From: Bilabrum cf. latius
Lineage: Eukaryota
NCBI GenBank assembly: GCA_965178125.1
Contig: OZ237737.1
Coordinates: 1,116,001-1,180,000, forward strand
Direction: 5' to 3'
DNA length: 64,000 nucleotides
Numbering within the stretch: position 1 is the stretch's first letter; each line of letters begins with the position of its first letter. Shown here in pieces: positions 1 through 11,140 of the stretch. A program made the position numbers and the translations under genes. The notes under the pieces were generated by a model. It did no database searches. It was not told where the DNA came from and saw nothing but the letters and a program-made list of their open reading frames with translations.

Positions 1-594
1 GCCTATTTGAGGGTATACAATCAAACGCCACAAAATACAACCAAGCAATCGCCAGATAATTTAGAGAGGGAGTATCTGGAGAACAAACAGAGTTCTGGAG
101 TGGATGCAGTTAGAAAAAGAATAAAGAAAAATGCAGGTGAACGTGCCAATGAGTAGCGGTTCAAAGTGGGCGATCAAGTAAGGGTTCGATTGCGATGGGG
201 ATCTAATGAGAAAAGGGGTGAAAACTGGTCTAAGGATGTGTATACTATAAGATAGGTGTTAAAACCGCGTATGCCGTGGAGTCCGTGGTCCTATTAGGTA
301 GAAGGATTGCCAACCAGATATTTTACAGAGGAATTGCAGAAGGTGGATGAGGTTGAAAATCCAATTACTTTGCCAGATTAGTATATTATTTCGAGTATTG
401 TGCGCCCTAGTGTGGTTAATGGGGAGCGTGGATTTGTGGTTCGATGGGTTGGATACAAGGTTCCAGAGTGGAACAGCTATGAAAACATGATCGAAGATGT
501 GCCCAAACTGGTTTAGGCATTTGAAAAGAAGCACAAAGTAGAATGGAAAAAGAATCCACGTACAAACAAATGGACGTTTACGTGGAAAAAGTAA
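1..594 (+). CDS. rve (retroviral-type) integrase, C-terminal part with chromo-like domain; 5'-partial
   Basis: Frame 1 is open except for five TAGs: YNQTPQNTTKQSP...*RFKVGDQVRV...ENWSKDVY...FVVRWVGY..PEWN...WTFTWKK-TAA; collinear with 14226-15431. Confidence 0.85.
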
Positions 595-704
595 TGTAAT
601 TTTCCTTTTAATCCCGTACTAAATTGATACGGATTAAAAGCAAAATGTGTATTTCTCTGAGTAGATGCCTAGGCATTTCACTAATATTTTAATTTTCATG
701 GGAT

Positions 705-2621
705 TTAATTCTGGCAGTATACCATACAGGCTGCTGGAAAGTAATCATAGGTAGCCTGATCTGGCTTTACTTTGGTGTAAAACACGGTTTTGAAGGCTTG
801 TTTTAAGGTTTCGATGATGCGTAGGAAACGGGGGATGCTCCTATCTACATCAAAACTATATTCTAACACCAGTTTTTGGATGCCATGGTGTTGGTAAGTT
901 GCTGGTTTAAGTGTTTCGAGGATCTCGATTTCAGCACCCTCGATATCCATTTTAATGCAGTTGCAATCAGCCCGTTCCAAAGCCTCAAAAATATTTTCTA
1001 CAGGGATATCAACAGTTGTACGCCCTCTTACGGGATGCAAGGTATGCCTGTATTTGTTGTAATCTCCTTTGCACAGGTAGAGTTTTTGAGTTCCAGTGGG
1101 TTTTGTAGAAACCCCTGATTCAACAATTTTCCATCCACCCCTAGGTTTAGGAAAGTTGAGTTCCAGGTTTTTTTGTAGTATTTCAAGGTTATCCCGTTCT
1201 GGTTCATAGCAGGTTACAGAGCACCCCCGCGATAAGGCAAGTAAGGCGAATGTGCCGATATTGGCACCAAGATCTAGCCATCGTTCCTTTGGATCAGATC
1301 CCACTTCGAACTAAACTTTTGGTTTATCGTAAGAGTTCCTGGTAAGCACCTCACCAATTACAGTTTGATCTGTGGTTTTGGGGCGAACCCAGAGTTTAAG
1401 ATCGAGTTTTCGTTTGGGTAAAACTACATCAATTAATTCTTGTGAGGCGGCTTTACTAGAAGGTTTGGATTGGGTACATTTTTGCATGTTTTCTCGGTAG
1501 TAGTAAACCATTGATAATCTGCACCAATCTGATCCATCTGGCACTATTTCTGTATTACAGTGCAACTGGTGAGGATCTATTAAGATAAAATCGCCGTGGC
1601 GAACATCAACACAAACGCCGAACTTAGGAAAACCCAGGTATCCGCCCTTGTAAGAATTCTTGCCATCCTCGGCAACTACTACAGCACTGTATCCATTGTG
1701 ATAATCACCTGAATCCTTGTGGCAAGCGGTTCGCCAGTTGTAATTTACGGTGATGGTAGAAAATGCAGTATCGTTGATTTGGTAATCGGGAGTTTTTTTA
1801 GCCATGCCGTGCTGTTCGTGATGGCGTTCTGGTTCGAACTCGCTGTATGCCTTATCAACCTAATTAATTAATGGTTTTAAGTTGTTCCATTTGGCTTGGT
1901 ATTTGCTGGTATAGCTGGTAGTTCTGCAGGGTACGAGTTTCTTGGCTAAGATTTCTCGTTTATCTCTGATTCGGGGTTTATCGTAGTAGCCAACAATCAT
2001 GCTGTGTACTTTGCCTTTGCCAATTCCGCCACCAGCAATGGATCGTGTATTGGAGGCACTTTTGGCTTCTGTTTTTAAACTATCTAGTGCTGTATCCAGA
2101 TGCGCTTGGGGGATTACCTTGCGGCGAAAGTAAAACAAAGCACGGCGCTTGCCAGATTTATCATAGTAGTAGCAATCACAATCATGATCAATTACCTGCT
2201 GGTAGTGATCTGCATTAACAAATTCACCAACCATTTTCTGTGCGGTTTGATCGGTTATTATAGGTTTAACTAGTATTTCTTGAGGTTTCGATTTTGCGGA
2301 GCTCATTATAGATTTACCTTTTTTCTTTTTGAGTGAGATTTTGGTTTTGGGGTTGATCTTGATCTTGATCTTGATCTTGGGGTTTGCACCTTCACCAGTA
2401 GCAGCAGTTTTGGGTTCATCTAGTGTTGAAGTGCTTGTAGGCTTTTTCAACACCGCATGATACGCTTTTATAATGCTATCTGCTTTCAAGTAATCAAGCC
2501 ACCAATCTGCACCAATATGTGTTCGCATCCACTGCTTTATAGTAGCCTCTGAAACTAATGTTTTGTAATCAGTTCCAAAGTGTGTTGATAGGTATTCATG
2601 TGCTTTAGTAGGGTATATCAT
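705..2621 (-). CDS. Fusion protein: small N-terminal domain + TET/JBP-like 2OG-Fe(II) dioxygenase + FkbM-family SAM methyltransferase
   Basis: ORFs 1860-2768, 1311-1805 and 705-1304 share one frame and are joined by TAGs at 1860 and 1311. Motifs: TACHKDSGD (HxD), QLHCNT, RLSMVYYYRE; then [20 protein letters not shown]. Start ATG 2621 chosen by homology with 3766; 2672 is an alternative. Confidence 0.8.
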
Positions 2622-2706
2622 TGTGATACTCCCCCTCCTATACCTGCGAGAAATAGGGTGAACGCGGTTCATTTTTCCGCTCCAAGCTTTTATAAAGCAA
2701 TCTAGT

Positions 2707-3330
2707 TTAAATGGATGGATGGTATTGTACACCATTTTTGTACCATTCATTTCGTCCATATGCTTCAATTACTGCGGGTTTATCATCATCTCTGTGTAAT
2801 TTACCATTTTTGTACCATTTTGTATCTCCATCTATTTCAATTATTGCGGGTTTATCACCATCTCTGTGCAATTCGCCATTCTTGTACCATTCATTTCCAT
2901 ATTCATTAATTACTGCGTATTTATCACCATCTCTATGTAATTTGCCATTCTTGTACCATTTTGTATCTCCATCTATTTCAATTATTGCGGGTTTATCACC
3001 ATCTCTGTGCAATACGCCATTCTTATACCAATATTTTCTATTTTCTGAATTGTACATGTACGCGGGCTGATCGCCATCTCTGTGTAATTGACCATTCTTG
3101 TAGTATCCGCGTACATTTAATGTAATTTCTGCGGGCTGATCACCATCTCTGTGTATTTTACCATTCTTGTACCAGTAGTTACCCTTCATACCAACTACTG
3201 CAGGTAGATCACCATCTCTGTGTATTTGACCATTCTTATACCAAAAGTGAGTACCATCTGGTTGAATAATTAGATCTTCATTTGAGACCGGTTTTTGGCA
3301 ACAAGGACATGTATTAAAATTCGAATTCAT
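2707..3330 (-). CDS. Repeat protein with WYKNGxLHRDGDxPA units (MORN-variant/YwqK-like, common in giant viruses); N-terminal CPCC
   Basis: Seven ~23-aa tandem repeats in the translation. Confidence 0.8.
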   Translation of the reverse strand: MNSNFNTCPCCQKPVSNEDLIIQPDGTHFWYKNGQIHRDGDLPAVVGMKGNYWYKNGKIHRDGDQPAEITLNVRGYYKNGQLHRDGDQPAYMYNSENRKYWYKNGVLHRDGDKPAIIEIDGDTKWYKNGKLHRDGDKYAVINEYGNEWYKNGELHRDGDKPAIIEIDGDTKWYKNGKLHRDDDKPAVIEAYGRNEWYKNGVQYHPSI

Positions 3331-3379
3331 TTATATTAGATTATAGGATTTTTTAAAAATCCTATAATCTAATATAAAT
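3329..3379. repeat. Perfect AT-rich palindrome, 25-bp arms
   Basis: ATTTATATTAGATTATAGGATTTTT-T-AAAAATCCTATAATCTAATATAAAT, overlapping the start codon of 2707-3330. Confidence 0.85.
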
Positions 3380-3409
3380 AAGATATCAGTAACTGCATTA
3401 ATCAATTTA

Positions 3410-3655
3410 TTTGTTGTTGTTCAAAATGTTGTTCAAAATAATTGGTTACGAATAATTATGTTGTTCAAAATGTTGTTCAAAATAAAGGTTTTGTTGTCGG
3501 AAAAGGTAGGGATGTTGTTCAAAACAAAGGAAATGAGATTTTTTCATTCTTAGAAAAAAATTGAAAATCAATATTTTTTTCAGTTGGCTGAGTTCTGAAA
3601 ATTTTTATGAAACCGAGTATTTTGAACAACATGAGATTTTTCTGAACAACATCCA
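3410..3655. repeat. Cluster of short TGTTGTTCAAAA repeats, direct and inverted
   Basis: Five direct copies at ~3413-3523 and inverted GAACAACA copies at ~3620-3651, in a non-coding gap. Confidence 0.6.
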
Positions 3656-3765
3656 AATAACTTTTTTTTTGATTGGGCAGTAAGATGTATACAGAACCTT
3701 TTAGGTAACAAAATGAATTCCCCTGAACCTATTTCGTGTGCGCATGTAAGGGAGAGGATATCAGT

Positions 3766-4431
3766 ATGAGATACCCACAGAAAGCACGAGAATATTTACA
3801 AAAACACTTTGGAAAAGGTTACAAATCACTTGTTTCGGAGTATGATATGAAGAAATGGATGCAAACCAATATTGGCACGGATTGGTGGCATGAGGGGAAG
3901 AAATCGGATAGCATAATCAGAGCATTTCATGCGGTGGTGAAGTAGCCGGAAGGCACATCACCACTTTGTGAATCTGGTGGAACTGCAGAACCTGATCAAG
4001 CACCAGCACCAGCACCAGCACCAGCACCAGCACCAGCACCAGCACCAGCACCACAAGAACCTAATTAGGTAACGCAACTGATGTTTGCAATGATGTAGAT
4101 GCAATAGAAATAGTATGATGCAATGGTGTAGATGCAGAAGGAGGATAAGAAGTAGCGTTCGGAAATGCTGAGCATTATGAAACACTTGCATAGTTTTGCA
4201 TAGCCTTATGCTTCTAAACCACGAATGCTAGGCACCGTAGATAGTGAAGGAGCACCAGCATCTGAATCTGGATCGGCACCAGCACCAGAACCTGAACCAG
4301 CACCTGAACCAGCACCTGAACCAGCACCAGCACCAGCACCAGCACCTGAACCAGCACCAGCACCTGAACCAGCACCTGCGTTGAAACAGCGAATTAAATT
4401 AAAATCAATGAAAGTGAAAAATGGAAAATGA
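3766..4431 (+). CDS. Hypothetical protein with AP/PE repeats and a Gln/Met-rich segment; N-terminus paralogous to that of 705-2621
   Basis: MRYPQKAREYLQKHFG...WMQTNIGTDWW; continuous through multiple TAGs (MM*MQ*K*YDAMV*MQ) to TGA at 4429-4431. Confidence 0.7.
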
Positions 4432-4720
4432 AAATGAGAATCCCTGTGATTTCTCAATGCAATATTAAATGAATTTTTGAACATCCCCCGCGTGGGGGAC
4501 CCCGCAGAATAATATGGAGACCCCCAAATTTCTCTCCTCTGCAAGAGGAATAGAACCCGAGATGTGAAACGTAGCAGTGTAACTCAGTGCGTAATTTTTA
4601 GGCAGTTGAAAATTTCACCTGCAAAAAAAATGATTTTTCAGCAACTTAAATTTCCACCCTCTACCCGTTTTATGGAAAGAATTACTTATAACAAAAGAAA
4701 AATGTACATAAAAAATACCC

Positions 4721-4791
4721 TACTCTCACACACCACATACCAGGGGGACCTCCAATTTGGAGGTCCCCCTGGTATGTGGTGTGTGAGAGTA
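4721..4791. repeat. Perfect palindrome (35-bp arms, 1-nt centre) at the right terminus of element A
   Basis: TACTCTCACACACCACATACCAGGGGGACCTCCAA-T-TTGGAGGTCCCCCTGGTATGTGGTGTGTGAGAGTA. Confidence 0.95.
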
Positions 4792-5742
4792 AATATGCGT
4801 CTACACACTAAGAACGCTGCACTCCAAGTTCCTCTCAGCACCAATTACGCCTACCCATGGGAAAAAACAATTCCTCATGAATTTCAGGGTAATACTGCTT
4901 TACTTGCTAATAGCGAAACCGTTGTCAGTATTCCCATCATCAGAGAAGACGTTGTTCCCGATATGTTTGTTCCTCATGTTGTGGTCAATCGTGGTGCTGA
5001 TGATTATGGTCCTGATATAACTCTACCTATTACTCACATAAGTTGCACCGTCGGCAATAAATTCAAACTTCTTGATGATCACAGCACTCGCGATCTTTAC
5101 GATTTAGCCGTTTCAAATGGCTACGTTGGTAGTTATGCCCAGTTTGCTGGTTTACTACTCAACCCCGCTGAAAGTACCCTTGCCAATTAGGTACTCGCCA
5201 ATTGGAGCATCTTACCTTTACGCCCCAGTTAGATGCCACTAGATGCCGAATTAATGAGTGGTGTCAAGAAAGAGTTTAGACTCACCAGCCTACAACTCAC
5301 CATTGCCAACCGCACAGCCAATGCAATCGCAGCCGGCGATTACACCATCCAAATCCCTTTCATGTATGGCGGATACATTGAATTTAAAAATGGACGCATT
5401 CAAGCCAAAGAGGTTGTTATTCCAGTAGCCAAAACACTCACCAGCGCTCCTGTGGTCTATCTTGAGGATGACAGCGAACATGCTATTCAAGGCGGACGCG
5501 GTGGACGCGGTTGGAAGAAATTCAAGAACTTCGTCAAGAAAGCTACACCATTTGTCCAAAAAGCCAGCAAATTTGTACGCAACCTACCAGGTGTAAACAA
5601 GGTCGCTGGTGATAGTACCGCTCTAGGACAGGTTATGAAAATGGCTGGTGCTGGTGTAAACCATGTTGGCGGTGGGGTTTAGATGGTTGGAGGTCAAGTG
5701 ATGAGTTCAAGCTAGGCAGATGCAATGGGAGGTTCTTACTAA
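4792..5742 (+). CDS. Virophage-type major capsid protein, C-terminal half (5' part separated by insertion of element A)
   Basis: One frame via TAGs at 5188, 5230, 5680 and 5713. LPITHISCTVGN..LL...STRDLYDLAVSNGYVGSYAQFAG resembles the second jelly-roll of virophage MCPs; Gly-rich/basic tail GGRGWKKFKNFVKKA. Confidence 0.7.
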
Positions 5743-5787
5743 TTAATAAATCCATTCTAAATTATATATCTCACTATGTAATATAGA

Positions 5788-7215
5788 ATGTTTGCTGGAA
5801 AGCGAAAAAAAGCCCGTAATTTAAACGAAGTCAGATAGTTGCAACACCTAGTCAAAGCCTCTGGGCAAGCCTATCAATCACCCAATGCCCGAACCACAAT
5901 AATCTCCAAACAAGGAAAATGGATGTATGTTCCCAGTTTAAGCGATAACAAACGAGCCGTCTATCGTAACGATAAAAATCAATATATTGTTGCTTTTCGA
6001 GGCACAGTTGTCAGCGATCCTGAGGATCTATTAGACGATGCTCGAATCATTAAAAACACACTTCCCAATGGAAATAGATTTCAACGAGAGAAAAAAAAGG
6101 TTGAGGAAATCAAACAACTTAGCAATGGACAAGTTGTGCTTACTGGACACTCATTAGGAGGTGCTTTAGCCAATTAGATTGGATAGCAATTAGGAATCGA
6201 AAGTGTGGGTTGGAATGCTGGAACAGCCCCTACCGCTCGAAACTTAGTTGGCAACACCATTCGACGATTTGCCACCCAAGGCAAAACCAAAAGTTACAAC
6301 GTTAGTAGCGATCCTATTTCTCTTGGAAATCCTTTTAGCAAACGCATCAATCGCAAAGCTGGTCTAGATCCACACAGTCTTGGAAACTTTGTAATTCAAG
6401 GCGGTAAAGCACAAACTGATCCCATTATTCGCAAATTCAACTTGTTTAACTTTGCTAAACCACTACTCAAAGTTGCCAATCTTTTAGAATTAGATAATAC
6501 CTCCAAACAATCCGTGATTGAACTTAAAGGTTCGCAAACCAATCCCGTTATTTCCTTGTACGCTAGTGATTACGATTTCTTTCAACAACTAACACAAAAA
6601 GATATTCCAATGTTTGTACCACACTTAATCCATCTAGTAGAATTATTGAGTTCCAAAAGTTCTCCCCTTCGACCAGTGGAACTTAAACTAGGTGGCAAAC
6701 ACTACAAACCCACAGTCAAAAATCTAAAACAGTTAGAACCCAGAATACAATCTATTATCAGCAAAGACCCTTTTGCCAAACTAGATTTAATCATGTTTGA
6801 TGGCAAATACTACCAAGAAATCACTGTGGTTTACCTATTCGAACCTCTTGCCAATCCCAAGGAAATCCAAACCCAACTACTAAACGATAGTCGGGAATAT
6901 CGCAAACAAGGAATGCGGTACAAAGCAAGTAAACGAGTGATTCAATCCAATAAAGGTACTCTCAAACAACGCCGAGCTGCCCTTAAAACACTCGAAAATC
7001 CTAAACTTGCACAAATCAATCACACCGCCAACCATTTAGAGGCGTTCTTACGTTTTCCAAACGCAAAGCGTACCTCGCTTCAATGGATAAAACAAGATTT
7101 ATCCAATGTACTCACTCGTAAACAACAAGCAGAGGTTAGCAAGTTACTCAATAAAGGAACTAAAGCAAACGTTAAACAAGTTATGGATTTATTAAAGCAA
7201 TGGAAATTAAGATAA
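5788..7215 (+). CDS. Class-3 lipase (alpha/beta hydrolase) fused to a possible nucleotidyltransferase-like domain
   Basis: IVAFRGT and TGHSLGGALA motifs; TAG read-through joins 5839-6177 to 6205-7215; second domain has KGS...YASDYD. Confidence 0.7.
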
Positions 7216-7241
7216 GAAAATAATATAGATTACAATAATAT

Positions 7242-7484
7242 ATGGATATCGATCTTCGAAAGATTAGCCTTAAACGCCTACACGAACTTGTTAAACTCAA
7301 GAAACAACAACTCAAGTAGAGACCCAAATAGAAACTCAGCAACTATAACCTGTTTGTAAAAGAAATGTACCCCGTTATGCGCAAAAAGGACCCCGAGCGA
7401 TACAAGAACGTCGGCAATTTTACCAAAGATGCTAGTTCCCACTCGTGGTTTGCCCAGTGGAAAAAAGAAAAGAAAATTGAATAA
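7242..7484 (+). CDS. Small basic HMG-box/YABBY-like protein
   Basis: RPK*KLSNYNLFVKEMYPVMRKKDP...AQWKKEK; two TAGs; absent from the ORF track. Confidence 0.55.
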
Positions 7485-7598
7485 TCCTCTGGATACTTAC
7501 ACAGACGAGTGTGATTTTACAATTAATTCCGTATTAATCGACTTGGTTTTAATACAGAAATAAATTAATTTGAAGATTGAGGTTTCAAGATTCAGGAT

Positions 7599-8732
7599 TC
7601 AATTACTACAATACAACATGACCTCATTTGGAAACACCCTCTTGTTTGCCATGGCTTCTCGCTTTGGTAGTCGTGCATGTTGTACCTTTTGAAAGAAAGT
7701 CTTTAATCTCTCTATTCGCCTCAATAACTCATCTAAATCTGGAGCATAGTTAACATGATAGGCTACTACCATCTTTTTCAATCCACTAAAATCACATTGA
7801 TCCAAGATCGGCAATTCTGCTCCCTCTATATCCATCTTAACACAATCACAACCCTCGATTGCTTTTTTAAAACTAATGGCTGGCACAATCACCCGTTTTC
7901 TTCCTCGCACCTTTCTTAAGGTGGTATGATTCCACTCTGATTTTGCTAGATACAAAGGGATTTCTCGGGTCTCACTATCCGCCACCACCGCTTGGTTAAA
8001 ACAATTATCGGGGGTTACAGAATTCTAAACCAATATATTATAATTACCTTCATCTGGTTCATAACTCTTGATTGCTATTCCATGCATCTAACATCTGGCT
8101 GTAAATGCACCAATATTTGCTCCGATATCACACCACTTCTCCCCTTTCTCCTACTTGAAAAACTGTGTATATTCCATCTTTTTTCCTAACAATTCCTTAA
8201 TCACCTTGCTATCAGTAGTTTGCGGTCTCTCTACCAAATGATGATGATGATTATAAAAAACCAAACTGTATCTAGTACCTGTGAACGGTGCTGTCCAATG
8301 CTCCTAACTGTGACCATAAAAGTAAAACGGTTTCCGATTAATATCGATTTGCTATTGAGTTCCATCCTAGTTTTTTACCACTAACTCTCCTCCTTTGTAA
8401 TTTCCAAAAGCCACAATCATGGTTATACCTTTGTTTAGGCTATCTGTATGAGGGGCACACAAAAAGTTTTTGTTGACGGTTATATTGCTGAAACGCAAAT
8501 TAGGATCAATCTAGCGCCCCAACTTCACCAGCATTTGATGAATCTCGGGATTCTTAACCATAACAGTACTTGGTTGCCAAGATTTATCTTTAGAAAACAT
8601 TTTCTAGACCAATCCAAAGTTACAAGTTGGTATACTTTTCTTTCCACCTGAAATCTTACGTCTTGTTTTTCCAACTGAAAAGGTAGGAAACTTCCACTGT
8701 TCTAAAGCATTAAATACGCTATCGTAATTCAT
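7599..8732 (-). CDS. 2OG-Fe(II) dioxygenase + FkbM-family methyltransferase fusion (second, divergent copy)
   Basis: ATG 8732 to TGA 7599 with eight TAGs: [17 protein letters not shown]...YKGGEL...[17 protein letters not shown], then [33 protein letters not shown]. Confidence 0.8.
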
Positions 8733-8771
8733 CTTAATCTTACGTGGCAAATTAAATCTAAGCTAATATAT

Positions 8772-9446
8772 ATGAACGCCAAAAACCAATTATGGTTGCA
8801 CGTTTTGTCTGTTGCTCAACAAACCTATCCTCACGATAAAGTTGCCCGTGACAAATACCTTGAATTAATGCGTAAAGAATTACGAATAGAACCCGATCTT
8901 GAACCCGAACCAGAACCCGAACCAGAACCAGTTCTTGAACCTGATAGCGATTCAGATGAACCAGAGCCTGAACCAGAGCCAGAACCTGAACCTGAACCAG
9001 AATCTAGACCTGCCACTCCACCATCTGCACCTAAACCCGAACCTGTTCCAAAACCTGAACCTAAACCTGCCATTCCACCATCTGTTGTGGATTTAAGCCC
9101 ACCTAAATTACAACGAGAGCGATAGGTTTCTTTTGTAATTCCAGGTTTCGGTGATCCCGAACCTGAACCCGAACCCGAACCCGAACCTGAACCATTTAAA
9201 GTCGAAGTGGTTGATAGTGATAAACCCGAATTTCGATGGATGGTACAAGAGCAGGAAAACGGTGAATGGATCTATTTTGGTGATAAAGGTGCTCTGACTG
9301 CCAAAGAAATGGTGGATCGTAAAATGTGCAGTTGGAGACGTGCTTATTCCCGAGTCCATAGATATCTTAAACAACACCGTCCGGTGTCTGATGGATCTCT
9401 CGATCGATGGAAATGGGAGCAAAAATACTACTTAGCACAAAACTAA
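8772..9446 (+). CDS. Hypothetical PE/PK-repeat protein
   Basis: 8772-9125 and 9207-9446 are in frame across a TAG at 9123; PEPEP repeats continue after it. Confidence 0.7.
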
Positions 9447-9501
9447 AAACTAAATTGTTACTATTAGTTAATTGTATAATTAAATAACAGTAATTATCAA
9501 C

Positions 9502-10032
9502 TTAAGAACTCTAAGGAAGAACCAAATAGTTGAAAGCATAATCCTCATTACCTGCTGCGTTACCGGATAGATGGACTGTAAACTCATCAGTTCCTGCAAC
9601 CACTTTCAAAAACTCAGTTGCCCCTCCTGTTGGTTCAGTAGTTGTAGTAATATGAACGTGATCACCTGCAACCACACCTGGGGCTGAAAAGGTCTAGGTT
9701 GCCAATGATGAACCACCAGTCCAACTGCCTGATCCATGGGCTTTAACTGCATTAGTGGAATTAACTGTGCCATTCAGATCAATATTACAATTCTCGCCAT
9801 CATTGCTAAACAATAATCTCATTCCAGCGGATAGTGCGTTTTTACCAAATCTAAGCTCATCTGCTTCTGAAAGGATGTAAGGTACTCCTATTGAGCCCTC
9901 AAATATAATACTTGAGTTGCCAACTAATACATCGCTTGGACCTAAAACTGGATTTAAGCGTAAAGTCTTTGCTCCCATTCTTGGGGCATAAAGGTTATTG
10001 GTATTTCTTGGGTCGGTCAGTATATCTGCCAT
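9502..10032 (-). CDS. Hypothetical, possibly a virion fibre/structural protein
   Basis: Extends through TAG 9694 to TAA 9502; G/T/S/N-rich, beta-like composition. Confidence 0.5.
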
Positions 10033-10091
10033 TATACTCTAAACCAGAAAATATTCCACCAATTCTTATTTTTTTTCTTATCTAGAGTATA

Positions 10092-10721
10092 ATGGAGATA
10101 AATACTTCCGTAGTAGCCACAGGATTAGTTTCTTTAGGCTATCATGCCGTTTGGTATCTTTATAAATATGTATTTGAACGCCCTCTTGATCAACGTAAAA
10201 AGCTAGTGCTCTTAATTCCCAGCAAATGTGGTAAGAGTTAGCTATGCAAGACGCTTCAATCACGCAACAAGAATCTTAGATTAGTTGATCTTGATGAATG
10301 TGTCAAAGCATCAGTATTTGGCAACGCTACCGAACAATTAAAATTAGCTTGGGGTGAACAACACCAAGATAAAGGGGTAAGTGCCGATATCCGGCGTAAG
10401 TTTGTGCTTCAAGCAATTGAAGATGTAAAACGTGAATGGTTGATCAACAAGGATCGTAAGGCAATATTCGTAACTAGTGATGTAGATGTAGCCCTCGAAC
10501 GCTTTAAGCGAACAAGTGTCTGTGTTGCCATTCCAAGCAAACGCTATTCTGAACAAATCAGAAAACAACTCAGTGATTCTGATAAACAAGTATTCGATCA
10601 CTCCAGAGAGCAATTTCGCCAGTTTGAGTTTGGTGGTGATGAATACGTAACTTTCGACAGCATTGGACAACTAGCCTCCGAGGTTATGGTTACCTATCGA
10701 TCACTCAAACACGCTGTCTAA
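10092..10721 (+). CDS. N-terminal membrane anchor + P-loop kinase-like domain
   Basis: Hydrophobic N-terminus, then LVLLIPSKCGKS*LCKTL...LVDLD; in frame with 10404-10721. Confidence 0.55.
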
Positions 10722-10765
10722 ACTAAAAACTATACTCTAGAAATAAAATTACTACTATTTCATAT

Positions 10766-11140
10766 ATGTATCAAAATGATATAGTAATAATAAAGAAAAG
10801 TCCCATTGCTGGTTATGGAGTATTTGCTAAACATAGCATCCCTAAAGGCACACCTATTGCTTATTTCTTTGGAATTGAAATGAGCACTGCTGATATTCGA
10901 CTCAAATATGGCAACTTTAGATGCTGTTTGCGTAGACCATTCCGCAAATGGATCTGTTCCAGAGAACTACCACACATTATTAACTTTGTAAATGGAGTGG
11001 GCTTTGGTAAGAGTGCCGATATGCAACCTAATTGCGTAATCAAACAACGATGGCTATTGCCAACTCGGGATATTAAACAAGGCGAAGAACTGCTACTAAA
11101 ATATCCAAAAGGGTACTTTAAAGACGTCGGATTGGAGTAA
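10766..11140 (+). CDS. Minimal SET-domain protein (vSET-like lysine methyltransferase)
   Basis: KSPIAGYGVFAK..IPKG, INFVN, PNC, TRDIKQGEELLLKY; canonical NH motif not intact. Confidence 0.8.
   Translation: MYQNDIVIIKKSPIAGYGVFAKHSIPKGTPIAYFFGIEMSTADIRLKYGNFRCCLRRPFRKWICSRELPHIINFVNGVGFGKSADMQPNCVIKQRWLLPTRDIKQGEELLLKYPKGYFKDVGLE

Larger units (their letters stand above)
1..4790. mobile_element. Right part of endogenous virophage/Polinton-like element A, nested in element B; left end is outside the window
   Basis: AT-rich; integrase C-terminus, dioxygenase-MTase fusion and repeat protein paralogous to genes of element B; ends in a 71-nt palindrome with the same subterminal motif as B, directly abutting a 5'-truncated MCP. 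Confidence 0.75.

Noticed and set aside
3998-4380. GCACCA/GAACCT hexamer runs as standalone satellites
   Set aside because: They encode AP/PE linkers within the 3766-4431 protein.
4564-4791. N-terminal part of ORF 4564-5190 as real coding sequence
   Set aside because: It runs through the subterminal motif and palindrome of element A; this is chance in-frame fusion to the capsid remnant.
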